Positions 38,801 through 54,200 of a DNA stretch of 64,000 nucleotides are shown piece after piece; position 1 is the first letter of the stretch; the number at the start of each line of letters is the position of its first letter. Under the pieces are notes generated by a model, which saw only the letters and a program-made list of their open reading frames with translations, was not told where the DNA came from and searched no databases. Made by a program: the position numbers and the translations under genes. The stretch is from Azolla caroliniana (lineage: Eukaryota > Plantae > Polypodiophyta): assembly GCA_043228905.1 (NCBI GenBank), contig JBHGNT010000038.1, positions 62,001 to 126,000 on the forward strand, written 5' to 3'.

Positions 38801-41800
38801 AAGCTAACAACGCTAGCTATGATATGGAATTAAAAAATCAAGATTTTGAAACTCAGGTCGAGAGACATGACGAAATTACCAAATTTGAGGAGTGAGTTAA
38901 GAAGAGCTATTAGGTAAATTATAATGTTCATACCTGGCTCGTGTGATATCGGATTTCTGTGTTCAAACATGCGAATCGAAGCTAATAACGCTAGCTATGA
39001 TATGGAATTAAAAAATCAATATTTTGAAACTCAGGTCGAGAGACATGACGAAATTAGCAAATTTGAGGAGTGAGTTGAGATGAGCCCTTGAGTAAATTAA
39101 AATGTTCATACATAGCGAGTGTGATATCGGATTTTTGTGTACAAACATGCGAATCGAAGCTAACAACGCTAGCTATGATATGGAATTAAAAAATCAAGAT
39201 TTTGAAACTCAGGTCGAGAGACATGACGAAATTACCAAATTTGAGGAGTGAGTTGAGAGGAGCCCTTGAGTAAATTATAATGTTCATACCTGGTTCGTGT
39301 GATATCGGATTTTTGTGTTCAAACATGCGAATCGAAGCTAATAACGCTAGCTATGATATGGAATTAAAAAATCAAGATTTTGCAACTCAAGTCGAGAGAC
39401 ATGAAGAAATTACCAAATTTGAGGAGTGAGGTTGGAAGAGCGCGTGAGTGAATTAAAATGTTCATACCTGGCTCGTGTGATATCGGATTTTTGTGTTCAA
39501 ACATGCGAATCGAAGCTAACAACGCTAGCTATGATATGGAATAAAAAAAACAAGATTTTGAAACTCAGGTCAAGAGACATGACGAAATTAGCAAATTTGA
39601 GGAGTGAGTTGAGAGGAGCCCTTGAGTAAATTAAAATGTTCATACCTAGCGAGTGTGATATCGGCTTTTTGTGTACAAACATGCGAATCGAAGCTAACAA
39701 CGCTAGCTATGATATAGAATTAAAAAATCAAGACTTTGAAACTTACGTCGAGAGATATGACGAAATTAGCAAATTTGAGGAGTGAGTTGAGAGGAGCCCT
39801 TGAGTAAATTAAAATGGTCATACCTAGCGAGTGTGATATCGGATTTTTGTGTACAAACATGCGAATCGAAGCTAACAACGCTAGCTATGATATGGAATTA
39901 CAAAATGAAGATTTTGAAACTCAGGTCGAGAGACATGACGAAATTACCAAATTTGAGGAGGGAGTTGAGAGGGGCCCTTGAGTAAATTAAAATGTTCATA
40001 CCTAGCGAGTGTGATATCGGATTTTTGTGTTCAAACATGCGAATCGAAGCTAACAATGCTAGCTATGATATGGAATTAAAAAATCAAGATTTTGAAACTC
40101 AGGTCGAGAGATATGACGAAATTTCCAAATTTCAGGAGGGAGTTGAGAAGAGCTAGTAGGTAAATTATAATGTTCATACCTGGTTCGTGTGATATCGGAT
40201 TTTTGTGTTCAAACATGCGAATCGAAGCTAATAACGCTAGCTATGATATGGAATTAAAAAATCAAGATTTTGCAACTCAAGTCAAGAGACATGACGAAAT
40301 TACCAAATTTGAGGAGTGAGTTGAGAGGAGCCCTTGAGTAAATTAAAATGGTCATACCTAGCGAGTGTGATATCGGATTTTTGTGTACAAACATGCGAAT
40401 CGAAGCTAACAACGCTAGCTATGATATGGAATTAAAAAATCAAGATTTTGAAACTCAGGTCGAGAGACATGACGAAATTACCAAATTTGAGGAGTGAGTT
40501 GAGAGGAGCCCTTGAGTAAATTATAATGTTCATACCTGGTTCGTGTGATATCGGATTTTTGTGTTCAAACATGCGAATCGAAGCTAACAATGCTAGCTAT
40601 GATATAGAATTAAAAAATCAAGACTTTGAAACTTACGTCGAGAGATATGACGAAATTAGCAAATTTGAGGAGTGAGTTGAGAGGAGCCCTTGAGTAAATT
40701 AAAATGGTCATACCTAGCGAGTGTGATATCGGATTTTTGTGTTCAAACTTGCGAATCTAAGCTAACAACGCTAGCTATGATATGGAATTAAAAAATCAAG
40801 ATTTTGAAACTCAGGTCGAGAGACATGACGAAATTACCAAATTTGAGGAGCGAGTTAAGAAGAGCTATTAGGTACATTACAATGTTCATACCTGGCTCGT
40901 GTGATATCGGTTTTTTGTGTTCAAACATGCGAATCGAAGCTAACAATGCTAGCTATGATATGGAATTAAAAAATCAAGATTTTGAAACTCAGGTCGAGAG
41001 ACATGAAGAAATTACCAAATTTGAGGAGGGAGTTAAGAAGAGCTATTAGGTAAATTACAATGTTCATACCTGGCTCGTGTGATATCGGATTTTTGTGTTC
41101 AAACATTGGAATCGAAGCTAATAACGCTAGGTATGATATAGAATTAAAAAATCAAGATTTTGAAACTCAGGTCGAGAGACATGACGAAATTTCCAAATTT
41201 CAGGAGGGAGTTGAGAAGAGCTAGTAGGTAAATTATAATGTTCATACCTGGTTCGTGTGATATCGGATTTTTGTGTTCAAACATGCGAATCGAAGCTAAT
41301 AACGCTAGCTATGATATGGAATTAAAAAATCAAGATTTTGCAACTCAAGTCAAGAGACATGACGAAATTACCAAATTTGAGGAGTGAGTTGAGAGGAGCC
41401 CTTGAGTAAATTAAAATGGTCATACCTAGCGAGTGTGATATCGGATTTTTGTGTACAAACATGCGAATCGAAGCTAACAACGCTAGCTATGATATGGAAT
41501 TAAAAAATCAAGATTTTGAAACTTACGTCGAGAGATATGACGAAATTAGCAAATTTGAGGAGTGAGTTGAGAGGAGCCCTTGAGTAAATTAAAATGGTCA
41601 TACCTAGCGAGTGTGATATCGGATTTTTGTGTTCAAACTTGCGAATCTAAGCTAACAACGCTAGCTATGATATGGAATTAAAAAATCAAGATTTTGAAAC
41701 TCAGGTCGAGAGACATGACGAAATTACCAAATTTGAGGAGTGAGTTAAGAAGAGCTATTAGGTAAATTATAATGTTCATACCTGGCTCGTGTGATATCGG

Positions 41801-42240
41801 ATTTCTGTGTTCAAACATGCGAATCGAAGCTAATAACGCTAGCTATGATATGGAATTAAAAAATCAATATTTTGAAACTCAGGTCGAGAGACATGACGAA
41901 ATTAGCAAATTTGAGGAGTGAGTTGAGATGAGCCCTTGAGTAAATTAAAATGTTCATACATAGCGAGTGTGATATCGGATTTTTGTGTACAAACATGCGA
42001 ATCGAAGCTAACAACGCTAGCTATGATATGGAATTAAAAAATCAAGATTTTGAAACTCAGGTCGAGAGACATGACGAAATTACCAAATTTGAGGAGTGAG
42101 TTGAGAGGAGCCCTTGAGTAAATTATAATGTTCATACCTGGTTCGTGTGATATCGGATTTTTGTGTTCAAACATGCGAATCGAAGCTAATAACGCTAGCT
42201 ATGATATGGAATTAAAAAATCAAGATTTTGCAACTCAAGT
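35900..42240 (+). repeat. Composite duplication: 19-mer offset (3382 bp) switching to 16-mer offset (2848 bp)
   Basis: ORF pairs 36044/39426 and 36418/39800 are offset by 3382, while 37956/40804 is offset by 2848. Copy 2 lacks three monomers, with a chimeric junction near 40600. Confidence 0.8.
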
Positions 42241-42273
42241 CAAGAGACATGAAGAAATTACCAAATTTGAGGA

Positions 42274-45200
42274 GTGAGGTTGGAAGAGCGCGTGAGTGAA
42301 TTAAAATGTTCATACCTGGCTCGTGTGACATCGGATTTTTGTGTTCAAACATGCGAATCGAAGCTAACAACGCTAGCTATGATATGGAATAAAAAAAACA
42401 AGATTTTCAAACTCAGGTCAAGAGACATGACGAAATTAGCAAATTTGAGGAGTGAGTTGAGAGGAGCCCTTGAGTAAATTAAAATGGTCATACCTAGAGA
42501 GTGTGATATCGGATTTTTGTGTACAAACATGCGAATCGAAGCTAACAACGCTAGCTATGATATGGAATTAAAAAATCAAGACTTTGAAAATCAGGTCAAG
42601 AGACATGACGAAATTACTAAATTTGAGGAGGGAGTTGAGAGGGGCCCTTGAGTAAATTCAAATGGTCATACCTAGCTCGTGTGATATCGGATTTTTGTGT
42701 TCAAACATGCGAATCGAAGCTAACAACGCTAGCTACGACATGGAATAAAAAAAAACAAGATTTTGAAACTCAGGTCAAGAGACATGACGAAATTAGCAAA
42801 TTTGAGGAGTGAGTTGAGAGGAGCCCTTGAGTAAATTAAAATGTTCATACATAGCGAGTGTGATATCGGATTTTTGTGTACAAACATGCGAATCGAAGCT
42901 AACAACGCTAGCTATGATATGGAATTAAAAAATCAAGATTTTAAAACTCAGGTCGAGAGACATGACGAAATTACCAAATTTGAGGAGTGAGTTGAGAGGA
43001 GCCCTTGAGTAAATTATAATGTTCATACCTGGTTCGTGTGATATCGGATTTTTGTGTTCAAACATGCGAATCGAAGCTAATAACGCTAGCTATGATATGG
43101 AATTAAAAAATCAAGATTTTGCAACTCAAGTCAAGAGACATGAAGAAATTACCAAATTTGAGGAGTGAGGTTGGAAGAGCGCGTGAGTGAATTAAAATGT
43201 TCATACCTGGCTCGTGTGATATCGGATTTTTGTGTTCAAACATGCGAATCGAAGCTAACAACGCTAGCTATGATATGGAATAAAAAAAACAAGATTTTCA
43301 AACTCAGGTCAAGAGACATGACGAAATTAGCAAATTTGAGGAGTGAGTTGAGAGGAGCCCTTGAGTAAATTAAAATGGTCATACCTAGAGAGTGTGATAT
43401 CGGATTTTTGTGTACAAACATGCGAATCGAAGCTAACAATGCTAGCTATGATATGGAATTAAAAAATCAAGACTTTGAAACTCAGGTCAAGAGACATGAC
43501 GAAATTACTAAATTTTAGGAGGGAGTTGAGAGGGGCCCTTGAGTAAATTAAAATGGTCATACCTAGCTCGTGTGATATCGGATTTTTGTGTTCAAACATG
43601 CGAATCGAAGCTAACAACGCTAGCTATGACATGGAATAAAAAAAAACAAGATTTTGAAACTCAGGTCAAGAGACATGACGAAATTAGCAAATTTGAGGAG
43701 TGAGTTGAGAGGAGCCCTTGAGTAAATTAAAATGTTCATACATAGCGAGTGTGATATCGGATTTTTGTGTACAAACATGCGAATCGAAGCTAAAAACGCT
43801 AGCTATGATATGGAATTAAAAAATCAAGATTTTGAAACTCAGGTCGAGAGACATGACGAAATTACCAAATTTGAGGAGGGAGTTGAGAGGGGCCCTTGAG
43901 TAAATTAATATGTTCATACCTAGCTCGTGTGATATCGGATTTTTGTGTTCAAACATGCGAATCGAAGCTAACAACGCTAGCTATGATATGGAATTAAAAA
44001 ATCAATATTTTGAAACTCAGGTCGAGAGACATGACGAAATTAGCAAATTTGAGGAGTGAGTTGAGATGAGCCCTTGAGTAAATTAAAATGTTCATACATA
44101 GCGAGTGTGATATCGGATTTTTGTGTACAAACATTGGAATCGAAGCTAATAACGCTAGGTATGATATAGAATTAAAAAATCAAGATTTTGAAACTCAGGT
44201 CGAGAGACATGACGAAATTTCCAAATTTCAGGAGGGAGTTGAGAAGAGCTAGTAGGTAAATTATAATGTTCATACCTGGTTCGTGTGATATCGGATTTTT
44301 GTGTTCAAACATGCGAATCGAAGCTAATAACGCTAGCTATGATATGGAATTAAAAAATCAAGATTTTGCAACTCAAGTCAAGAGACATGACGAAATTACC
44401 AAATTTGAGGAGTGAGTTGAGAGGAGCCCTTGAGTAAATTAAAATGGTCATACCTAGCGAGTGTGATATCGGATTTTTGTGTACAAACATGCGAATCGAA
44501 GCTAACAACGCTAGCTATGATATGGAATTAAAAAATCAAGATTTTGAAACTTACGTCGAGAGATATGACGAAATTAGCAAATTTGAGGAGTGAGTTGAGA
44601 GGAGCCCTTGAGTAAATTAAAATGGTCATACCTAGCGAGTGTGATATCGGATTTTTGTGTTCAAACTTGCGAATCTAAGCTAACAACGCTAGCTATGATA
44701 TGGAATTAAAAAATCAAGATTTTGAAACTCAGGTCGAGAGACATGACGAAATTACCAAATTTGAGGAGTGAGTTAAGAAGAGCTATTAGGTAAATTATAA
44801 TGTTCATACCTGGCTCGTGTGATATCGGATTTCTGTGTTCAAACATGCGAATCGAAGCTAATAACGCTAGCTATGATATGGAATTAAAAAATCAATATTT
44901 TGCAACTCAAGTCAAGAGACATGACGAAATTACCAAATTTGAGGAGTGAGTTGAGAGGAGCCCTTGAGTAAATTAAAATGGTCATACCTAGCGAGTGTGA
45001 TATCGGACTTTTGTGTACAAACATGCGAATCGAAGCTAACAACGCTAGCTATGATATGGAATTAAAAAATCAAGATTTTGAAACTTACGTCGAGAGATAT
45101 GACGAAATTAGCAAATTTGAGGAGTGAGTTGAGAGGAGCCCTTGAGTAAATTAAAATGGTCATACCTAGCGAGTGTGATATCGGATTTTTGTGTTCAAAC

Positions 45201-48200
45201 TTGCGAATCTAAGCTAACAACGCTAGCTATGATATGGAATTAAAAAATCAAGATTTTGAAACTCAGGTCGAGAGACATGACGAAATTACCAAATTTGAGG
45301 AGTGAGTTAAGAAGAGCTATTAGGTAAATTATAATGTTCATACCTGGCTCGTGTGATATCGGATTTCTGTGTTCAAACATGCGAATCGAAGCTAATAACG
45401 CTAGCTATGATATGGAATTAAAAAATCAATATTTTGAAACTCAGGTCGAGAGACATGACGAAATTAGCAAATTTGAGGAGTGAGTTGAGATGAGCCCTTG
45501 AGTAAATTAAAATGTTCATACATAGCGAGTGTGATATCGGATTTTTGTGTACAAACATGCGAATCGAAGCTAACAACGCTAGCTATGATATGGAATTAAA
45601 AAATCAAGATTTTGAAACTCAGGTCGAGAGACATGACGAAATTACCAAATTTGAGGAGTGAGTTGAGAGGAGCCCTTGAGTAAATTATAATGTTCATACC
45701 TGGTTCGTGTGATATCGGATTTTTGTGTTCAAACATGCGAATCGAAGCTAATAACGCTAGCTATGATATGGAATTAAAAAATCAAGATTTTGCAACTCAA
45801 GTCAAGAGACATGAAGAAATTACCAAATTTGAGGAGTGAGGTAGGAAGAGCGCGTGAGTGAATTAAAATGTTCATACCTGGCTCGTGTGATATCGGATTT
45901 TTGTGTTCAAACATGCGAATCGAAGCTAACAACGCTAGCTATGATATGGAATAAAAAAAACAAGATTTTCAAACTCAGGTCAAGAGACATGACGAAATTA
46001 GCAAATTTGAGGAGTGAGTTGAGAGGAGTCCTTGAGTAAATTAAAATGGTCATACCTAGAGAGTGTGATATCGGATTTTTGTGTACAAACATGCGAATCG
46101 AAGCTAACAACGCTAGCTATGATATGGAATTAAAAAATCAAGACTTTGAAACTCAGGTCAAGAGACATGACGAAATTACTAAATTTGAGGAGGGAGTTGA
46201 GAGGGGCCCTTGAGTAAATTAAAATGGTCATACCTAGCTCGTGTGATATCGGATTTTTGTGTTCAAACATGCGAATCGAAGCTAACAACGCTAGCTACGA
46301 CATGGAATAAAAAAAAACAAGATTTTGAAACTCAGGTCAAGAGACATGACGAAATTAGCAAATTTGAGGAGTGAGTTGAGAGGAGCCCTTGAGTAAATTA
46401 AAATGTTCATACATAGCGAGTGTGATATCGGATTTTTGTGTACAAACATGCGAATCGAAGCTAAAAACGCTAGCTATGATATGGAATTAAAAAATCAAGA
46501 TTTTGAAACTCAGGTCGAGAGACATGACGAAATTACCAAATTTGAGGAGGGAGTTGAGAGGGGCCCTTGAGTAAATTAATATGTTCATACCTAGCTCGTG
46601 TGATATCGGATTTTTGTGTTCAAACATGCGAATCGAAGCTAACAACGCTAGCTATGACATGGAATAAAAAAAAACAAGATTTTGAAACTCAGGTCAAGAG
46701 ACATGACGAAATTAGCAAATTTGAGGAGTGAGTTGAGAGGAGCCCTTGAGTAAATTAAAATGTTCATACATAGCGAGTGTGATATCGGATTTTTGTGTAC
46801 AAACATGCGAATCGAAGCTAAAAACGCTAGCTATGATATGGAATTAAAAAATCAAGATTTTGAAACTCAGGTCGAGAGACATGACGAAATTACCAAATTT
46901 GAGGAGGGAGTTGAGAGGGGCCCTTGAGTAAATTAATATGTTCATACCTAGCTCGTGTGATATCGGATTTTTGTGTTCAAACATGCGAATCGAAGCTAAC
47001 AACGCTAGCTATGATATGGAATTAAAAAATCAATATTTTGAAACTCAGGTCGAGAGACATGACGAAATTAGCAAATTTGAGGAGTGAGTTGAGATGAGCC
47101 CTTGAGTAAATTAAAATGTTCATACATAGCGAGTGTGATATCGGATTTTTGTGTACAAACATTGGAATCGAAGCTAATAACGCTAGGTATGATATAGAAT
47201 TAAAAAATCAAGATTTTGAAACTCAGGTCGAGAGACATGACGAAATTTCCAAATTTCAGGAGGGAGTTGAGAAGAGCTAGTAGGTAAATTATAATGTTCA
47301 TACCTGGTTCGTGTGATATCGGATTTTTGTGTTCAAACATGCGAATCGAAGCTAATAACGCTAGCTATGATATGGAATTAAAAAATCAAGATTTTGCAAC
47401 TCAAGTCAAGAGACATGACGAAATTACCAAATTTGAGGAGTGAGTTGAGAGGAGCCCTTGAGTAAATTAAAATGGTCATACCTAGCGAGTGTGATATCGG
47501 ATTTTTGTGTACAAACATGCGAATCGAAGCTAACAACGCTAGCTATGATATGGAATTAAAAAATCAAGATTTTGAAACTTACGTCGAGAGATATGACGAA
47601 ATTAGCAAATTTGAGGAGTGAGTTGAGAGGAGCCCTTGAGTAAATTAAAATGGTCATACCTAGCGAGTGTGATATCGGATTTTTGTGTTCAAACTTGCGA
47701 ATCTAAGCTAACAACGCTAGCTATGATATGGAATTAAAAAATCAAGATTTTGAAACTCAGGTCGAGAGACATGACGAAATTACCAAATTTGAGGAGTGAG
47801 TTAAGAAGAGCTATTAGGTAAATTATAATGTTCATACCTGGCTCGTGTGATATCGGATTTCTGTGTTCAAACATGCGAATCGAAGCTAATAACGCTAGCT
47901 ATGATATGGAATTAAAAAATCAATATTTTGCAACTCAAGTCAAGAGACATGACGAAATTACCAAATTTGAGGAGTGAGTTGAGAGGAGCCCTTGAGTAAA
48001 TTAAAATGGTCATACCTAGCGAGTGTGATATCGGACTTTTGTGTACAAACATGCGAATCGAAGCTAACAACGCTAGCTATGATATGGAATTAAAAAATCA
48101 AGATTTTGAAACTTACGTCGAGAGATATGACGAAATTAGCAAATTTGAGGAGTAAGTTGAGAGGAGCCCTTGAGTAAATTAAAATGGTCATACCTAGCGA

Positions 48201-51200
48201 GTGTGATATCGGATTTTTGTGTTCAAACTTGCGAATCTAAGCTAACAACGCTAGCTATGATATGGAATTAAAAAATCAAGATTTTGAAACTCAGGTCGAG
48301 AGACATGACGAAATTACCAAATTTGAGGAGTGAGTTAAGAAGAGCTATTAGGTAAATTATAATGTTCATACCTGGCTCGTGTGATATCGGATTTCTGTGT
48401 TCAAACATGCGAATCGAAGCTAATAACGCTAGCTATGATATGGAATTAAAAAATCAATATTTTGAAACTCAGGTCGAGAGACATGACGAAATTAGCAAAT
48501 TTGAGGAGTGAGTTGAGATGAGCCCTTGAGTAAATTAAAATGTTCATACATAGCGAGTGTGATATCGGATTTTTGTGTACAAACATGCGAATCGAAGCTA
48601 ACAACGCTAGCTATGATATGGAATTAAAAAATCAAGATTTTGAAACTCAGGTCGAGAGACATGACGAAATTACCAAATTTGAGGAGTGAGTTGAGAGGAG
48701 CCCTTGAGTAAATTATAATGTTCATACCTGGTTCGTGTGATATCGGATTTTTGTGTTCAAACATGCGAATCGAAGCTAATAACGCTAGCTATGATATGGA
48801 ATTAAAAAATCAAGATTTTGCAACTCAAGTCAAGAGACATGAAGAAATTACCAAATTTGAGGAGTGAGGTTGGAAGAGCGCGTGAGTGAATTAAAATGTT
48901 CATACCTGGCTCGTGTGACATCGGATTTTTGTGTTCAAACATGCGAATCGAAGCTAACAACGCTAGCTATGATATGGAATAAAAAAAACAAGATTTTCAA
49001 ACTCAGGTCAAGAGACATGACGAAATTAGCAAATTTGAGGAGTGAGTTGAGAGGAGCCCTTGAGTAAATTAAAATGGTCATACCTAGAGAGTGTGATATC
49101 GGATTTTTGTGTACAAACATGCGAATCGAAGCTAACAACGCTAGCTATGATATGGAATTAAAAAATCAAGACTTTGAAACTCAGGTCAAGAGACATGACG
49201 AAATTACTAAATTTGAGGAGGGAGTTGAGAGGGGCCCTTGAGTAAATTCAAATGGTCATACCTAGCTCGTGTGATATCGGATTTTTGTGTTCAAACATGC
49301 GAATCGAAGCTAACAACGCTAGCTACGACATGGAATAAAAAAAAACAAGATTTTGAAACTCAGGTCAAGAGACATGACGAAATTAGCAAATTTGAGGAGT
49401 GAGTTGAGAGGAGCCCTTGAGTAAATTAAAATGTTCATACATAGCGAGTGTGATATCGGATTTTTGTGTACAAACATGCGAATCGAAGCTAACAACGCTA
49501 GCTATGATATGGAATTAAAAAATCAAGATTTTAAAACTCAGGTCGAGAGACATGACGAAATTACCAAATTTGAGGAGTGAGTTGAGAGGAGCCCTTGAGT
49601 AAATTATAATGTTCATACCTGGTTCGTGTGATATCGGATTTTTGTGTTCAAACATGCGAATCGAAGCTAATAACGCTAGCTATGATATGGAATTAAAAAA
49701 TCAAGATTTTGCAACTCAAGTCAAGAGACATGAAGAAATTACCAAATTTGAGGAGTGAGGTTGGAAGAGCGCGTGAGTGAATTAAAATGTTCATACCTGG
49801 CTCGTGTGATATCGGATTTTTGTGTTCAAACATGCGAATCGAAGCTAACAACGCTAGCTATGATATGGAATTAAAAAATCAATATTTTGAAACTCAGGTC
49901 GAGAGACATGACGAAATTACCAAATTTGAGGAGTGAGTTGAGAGGAGCCCTTGAGTAAATTATAATGTTCATACCTGGTTCGTGTGATATCGGATTTTTG
50001 TGTTCAAACATGCGAATCGAAGCTAATAACGCTAGCTATGATATGGAATTAAAAAATCAAGATTTTGCAACTCAAGTCAAGAGACATGAAGAAATTACCA
50101 AATTTGAGGAGTGAGGTTGGAAGAGCGCGTGAGTGAATTAAAATGTTCATACCTGGCTCGTGTGACATCGGATTTTTGTGTACAAACATGCGAATCGAAG
50201 CTAACAACGCTAGCTATGATATGGAATTAAAAAATCAAGATTTTGAAACTCAGGTCGAGAGACATGACGAAATTACCAAATTTGAGGAGTGAGTTGAGAG
50301 GAGCCCTTGAGTAAATTATAATGTTCATACCTGGTTCGTGTGATATCGGATTTTTGTGTTCAAACATGCGAATCGAAGCTAATAACGCTAGCTATGATAT
50401 GGAATTAAAAAATCAAGATTTTGCAACTCAAGTCAAGAGACATGAAGAAATTACCAAATTTGAGGAGTGAGGTTGGAAGAGCGCGTGAGTGAATTAAAAT
50501 GTTCATACCTGGCTCGTGTGACATCGGATTTTTGTGTTCAAACATGCGAATCGAAGCTAACAACGCTAGCTATGATATGGAATAAAAAAAACAAGATTTT
50601 CAAACTCAGGTCAAGAGACATGACGAAATTAGCAAATTTGAGGAGTGAGTTGAGAGGAGCCCTTGAGTAAATTAAAATGGTCATACCTAGAGAGTGTGAT
50701 ATCGGATTTTTGTGTACAAACATGCGAATCGAAGCTAACAACGCTAGCTATGATATGGAATTAAAAAATCAAGACTTTGAAACTCAGGTCAAGAGACATG
50801 ACGAAATTACTAAATTTGAGGAGGGAGTTGAGAGGGGCCCTTGAGTAAATTCAAATGGTCATACCTAGCTCGTGTGATATCGGATTTTTGTGTTCAAACA
50901 TGCGAATCGAAGCTAACAACGCTAGCTACGACATGGAATAAAAAAAAACAAGATTTTGAAACTCAGGTCAAGAGACATGACGAAATTAGCAAATTTGAGG
51001 AGTGAGTTGAGAGGAGCCCTTGAGTAAATTAAAATGTTCATACATAGCGAGTGTGATATCGGATTTTTGTGTACAAACATGCGAATCGAAGCTAACAACG
51101 CTAGCTATGATATGGAATTAAAAAATCAAGATTTTAAAACTCAGGTCGAGAGACATGACGAAATTACCAAATTTGAGGAGTGAGTTGAGAGGAGCCCTTG

Positions 51201-54200
51201 AGTAAATTATAATGTTCATACCTGGTTCGTGTGATATCGGATTTTTGTGTTCAAACATGCGAATCGAAGCTAATAACGCTAGCTATGATATGGAATTAAA
51301 AAATCAAGATTTTGCAACTCAAGTCAAGAGACATGAAGAAATTACCAAATTTGAGGAGTGAGGTTGGAAGAGCGCGTGAGTGAATTAAAATGTTCATACC
51401 TGGCTCGTGTGATATCGGATTTTTGTGTTCAAACATGCGAATCGAAGCTAATAACGCTAGCTATGATATGGAATTAAAAAATCAAGATTTTGCAACTCAA
51501 GTCAAGAGACATGAAGAAATTACCAAATTTGAGGAGTGAGGTTGGAAGAGCGCGTGAGTGAATTAAAATGTTCATACCTGGCTCGTGTGACATCGGATTT
51601 TTGTGTTCAAACATGCGAATCGAAGCTAACAACGCTAGCTATGATATGGAATAAAAAAAACAAGATTTTCAAACTCAGGTCAAGAGACATGACGAAATTA
51701 GCAAATTTGAGGAGTGAGTTGAGAGGAGCCCTTGAGTAAATTAAAATGGTCATACCTAGAGAGTGTGATATCGGATTTTTGTGTACAAACATGCGAATCG
51801 AAGCTAACAACGCTAGCTATGATATGGAATTAAAAAATCAAGACTTTGAAACTCAGGTCAAGAGACATGACGAAATTACTAAATTTGAGGAGGGAGTTGA
51901 GAGGGGCCCTTGAGTAAATTCAAATGGTCATACCTAGCTCGTGTGATATCGGATTTTTGTGTTCAAACATGCGAATCGAAGCTAACAACGCTAGCTACGA
52001 CATGGAATAAAAAAAAACAAGATTTTGAAACTCAGGTCAAGAGACATGACGAAATTAGCAAATTTGAGGAGTGAGTTGAGAGGAGCCCTTGAGTAAATTA
52101 AAATGTTCATACATAGCGAGTGTGATATCGGATTTTTGTGTACAAACATGCGAATCGAAGCTAACAACGCTAGCTATGATATGGAATTAAAAAATCAAGA
52201 TTTTAAAACTCAGGTCGAGAGACATGACGAAATTACCAAATTTGAGGAGTGAGTTGAGAGGAGCCCTTGAGTAAATTATAATGTTCATACCTGGTTCGTG
52301 TGATATCGGATTTTTGTGTTCAAACATGCGAATCGAAGCTAATAACGCTAGCTATGATATGGAATTAAAAAATCAAGATTTTGCAACTCAAGTCAAGAGA
52401 CATGAAGAAATTACCAAATTTGAGGAGTGAGGTTGGAAGAGCGCGTGAGTGAATTAAAATGTTCATACCTGGCTCGTGTGATATCGGATTTTTGTGTTCA
52501 AACATGCGAATCGAAGCTAACAACGCTAGCTATGATATGGAATAAAAAAAACAAGATTTTCAAACTCAGGTCAAGAGACATGACGAAATTAGCAAATTTG
52601 AGGAGTGAGTTGAGAGGAGCCCTTGAGTAAATTAAAATGGTCATACCTAGAGAGTGTGATATCGGATTTTTGTGTACAAACATGCGAATCGAAGCTAACA
52701 ATGCTAGCTATGATATGGAATTAAAAAATCAAGACTTTGAAACTCAGGTCAAGAGACATGACGAAATTACTAAATTTTAGGAGGGAGTTGAGAGGGGCCC
52801 TTGAGTAAATTCAAATGGTCATACCTAGCTCGTGTGATATCGGATTTTTGTGTTCAAACATGCGAATCGAAGCTAACAACGCTAGCTATGACATGGAATA
52901 AAAAAAAACAAGATTTTGAAACTCAGGTCAAGAGACATGACGAAATTAGCAAATTTGAGGAGTGAGTTGAGAGGAGCCCTTGAGTAAATTAAAATGTTCA
53001 TACATAGCGAGTGTGATATCGGATTTTTGTGTACAAACATGCGAATCGAAGCTAAAAACGCTAGCTATGATATGGAATTAAAAAATCAAGATTTTGAAAC
53101 TCAGGTCGAGAGACATGACGAAATTACCAAATTTGAGGAGGGAGTTGAGAGGGGCCCTTGAGTAAATTAATATGTTCATACCTAGCTCGTGTGATATCGG
53201 ATTTTTGTGTTCAAACATGCGAATCGAAGCTAACAACGCTAGCTATGATATGGAATTAAAAAATCAATATTTTGAAACTCAGGTCGAGAGACATGACGAA
53301 ATTAGCAAATTTGAGGAGTGAGTTGAGATGAGCCCTTGAGTAAATTAAAATGTTCATACATAGCGAGTGTGATATCGGATTTTTGTGTACAAACATTGGA
53401 ATCGAAGCTAATAACGCTAGGTATGATATAGAATTAAAAAATCAAGATTTTGAAACTCAGGTCGAGAGACATGACGAAATTTCCAAATTTCAGGAGGGAG
53501 TTGAGAAGAGCTAGTAGGTAAATTATAATGTTCATACCTGGTTCGTGTGATATCGGATTTTTGTGTTCAAACATGCGAATCGAAGCTAATAACGCTAGCT
53601 ATGATATGGAATTAAAAAATCAAGATTTTGCAACTCAAGTCAAGAGACATGACGAAATTACCAAATTTGAGGAGTGAGTTGAGAGGAGCCCTTGAGTAAA
53701 TTAAAATGGTCATACCTAGCGAGTGTGATATCGGATTTTTGTGTACAAACATGCGAATCGAAGCTAACAACGCTAGCTATGATATGGAATTAAAAAATCA
53801 AGATTTTGAAACTTACGTCGAGAGATATGACGAAATTAGCAAATTTGAGGAGTGAGTTGAGAGGAGCCCTTGAGTAAATTAAAATGGTCATACCTAGCGA
53901 GTGTGATATCGGATTTTTGTGTTCAAACTTGCGAATCTAAGCTAACAACGCTAGCTATGATATGGAATTAAAAAATCAAGATTTTGAAACTCAGGTCGAG
54001 AGACATGACGAAATTACCAAATTTGAGGAGTGAGTTAAGAAGAGCTATTAGGTAAATTATAATGTTCATACCTGGCTCGTGTGATATCGGATTTCTGTGT
54101 TCAAACATGCGAATCGAAGCTAATAACGCTAGCTATGATATGGAATTAAAAAATCAATATTTTGCAACTCAAGTCAAGAGACATGACGAAATTACCAAAT

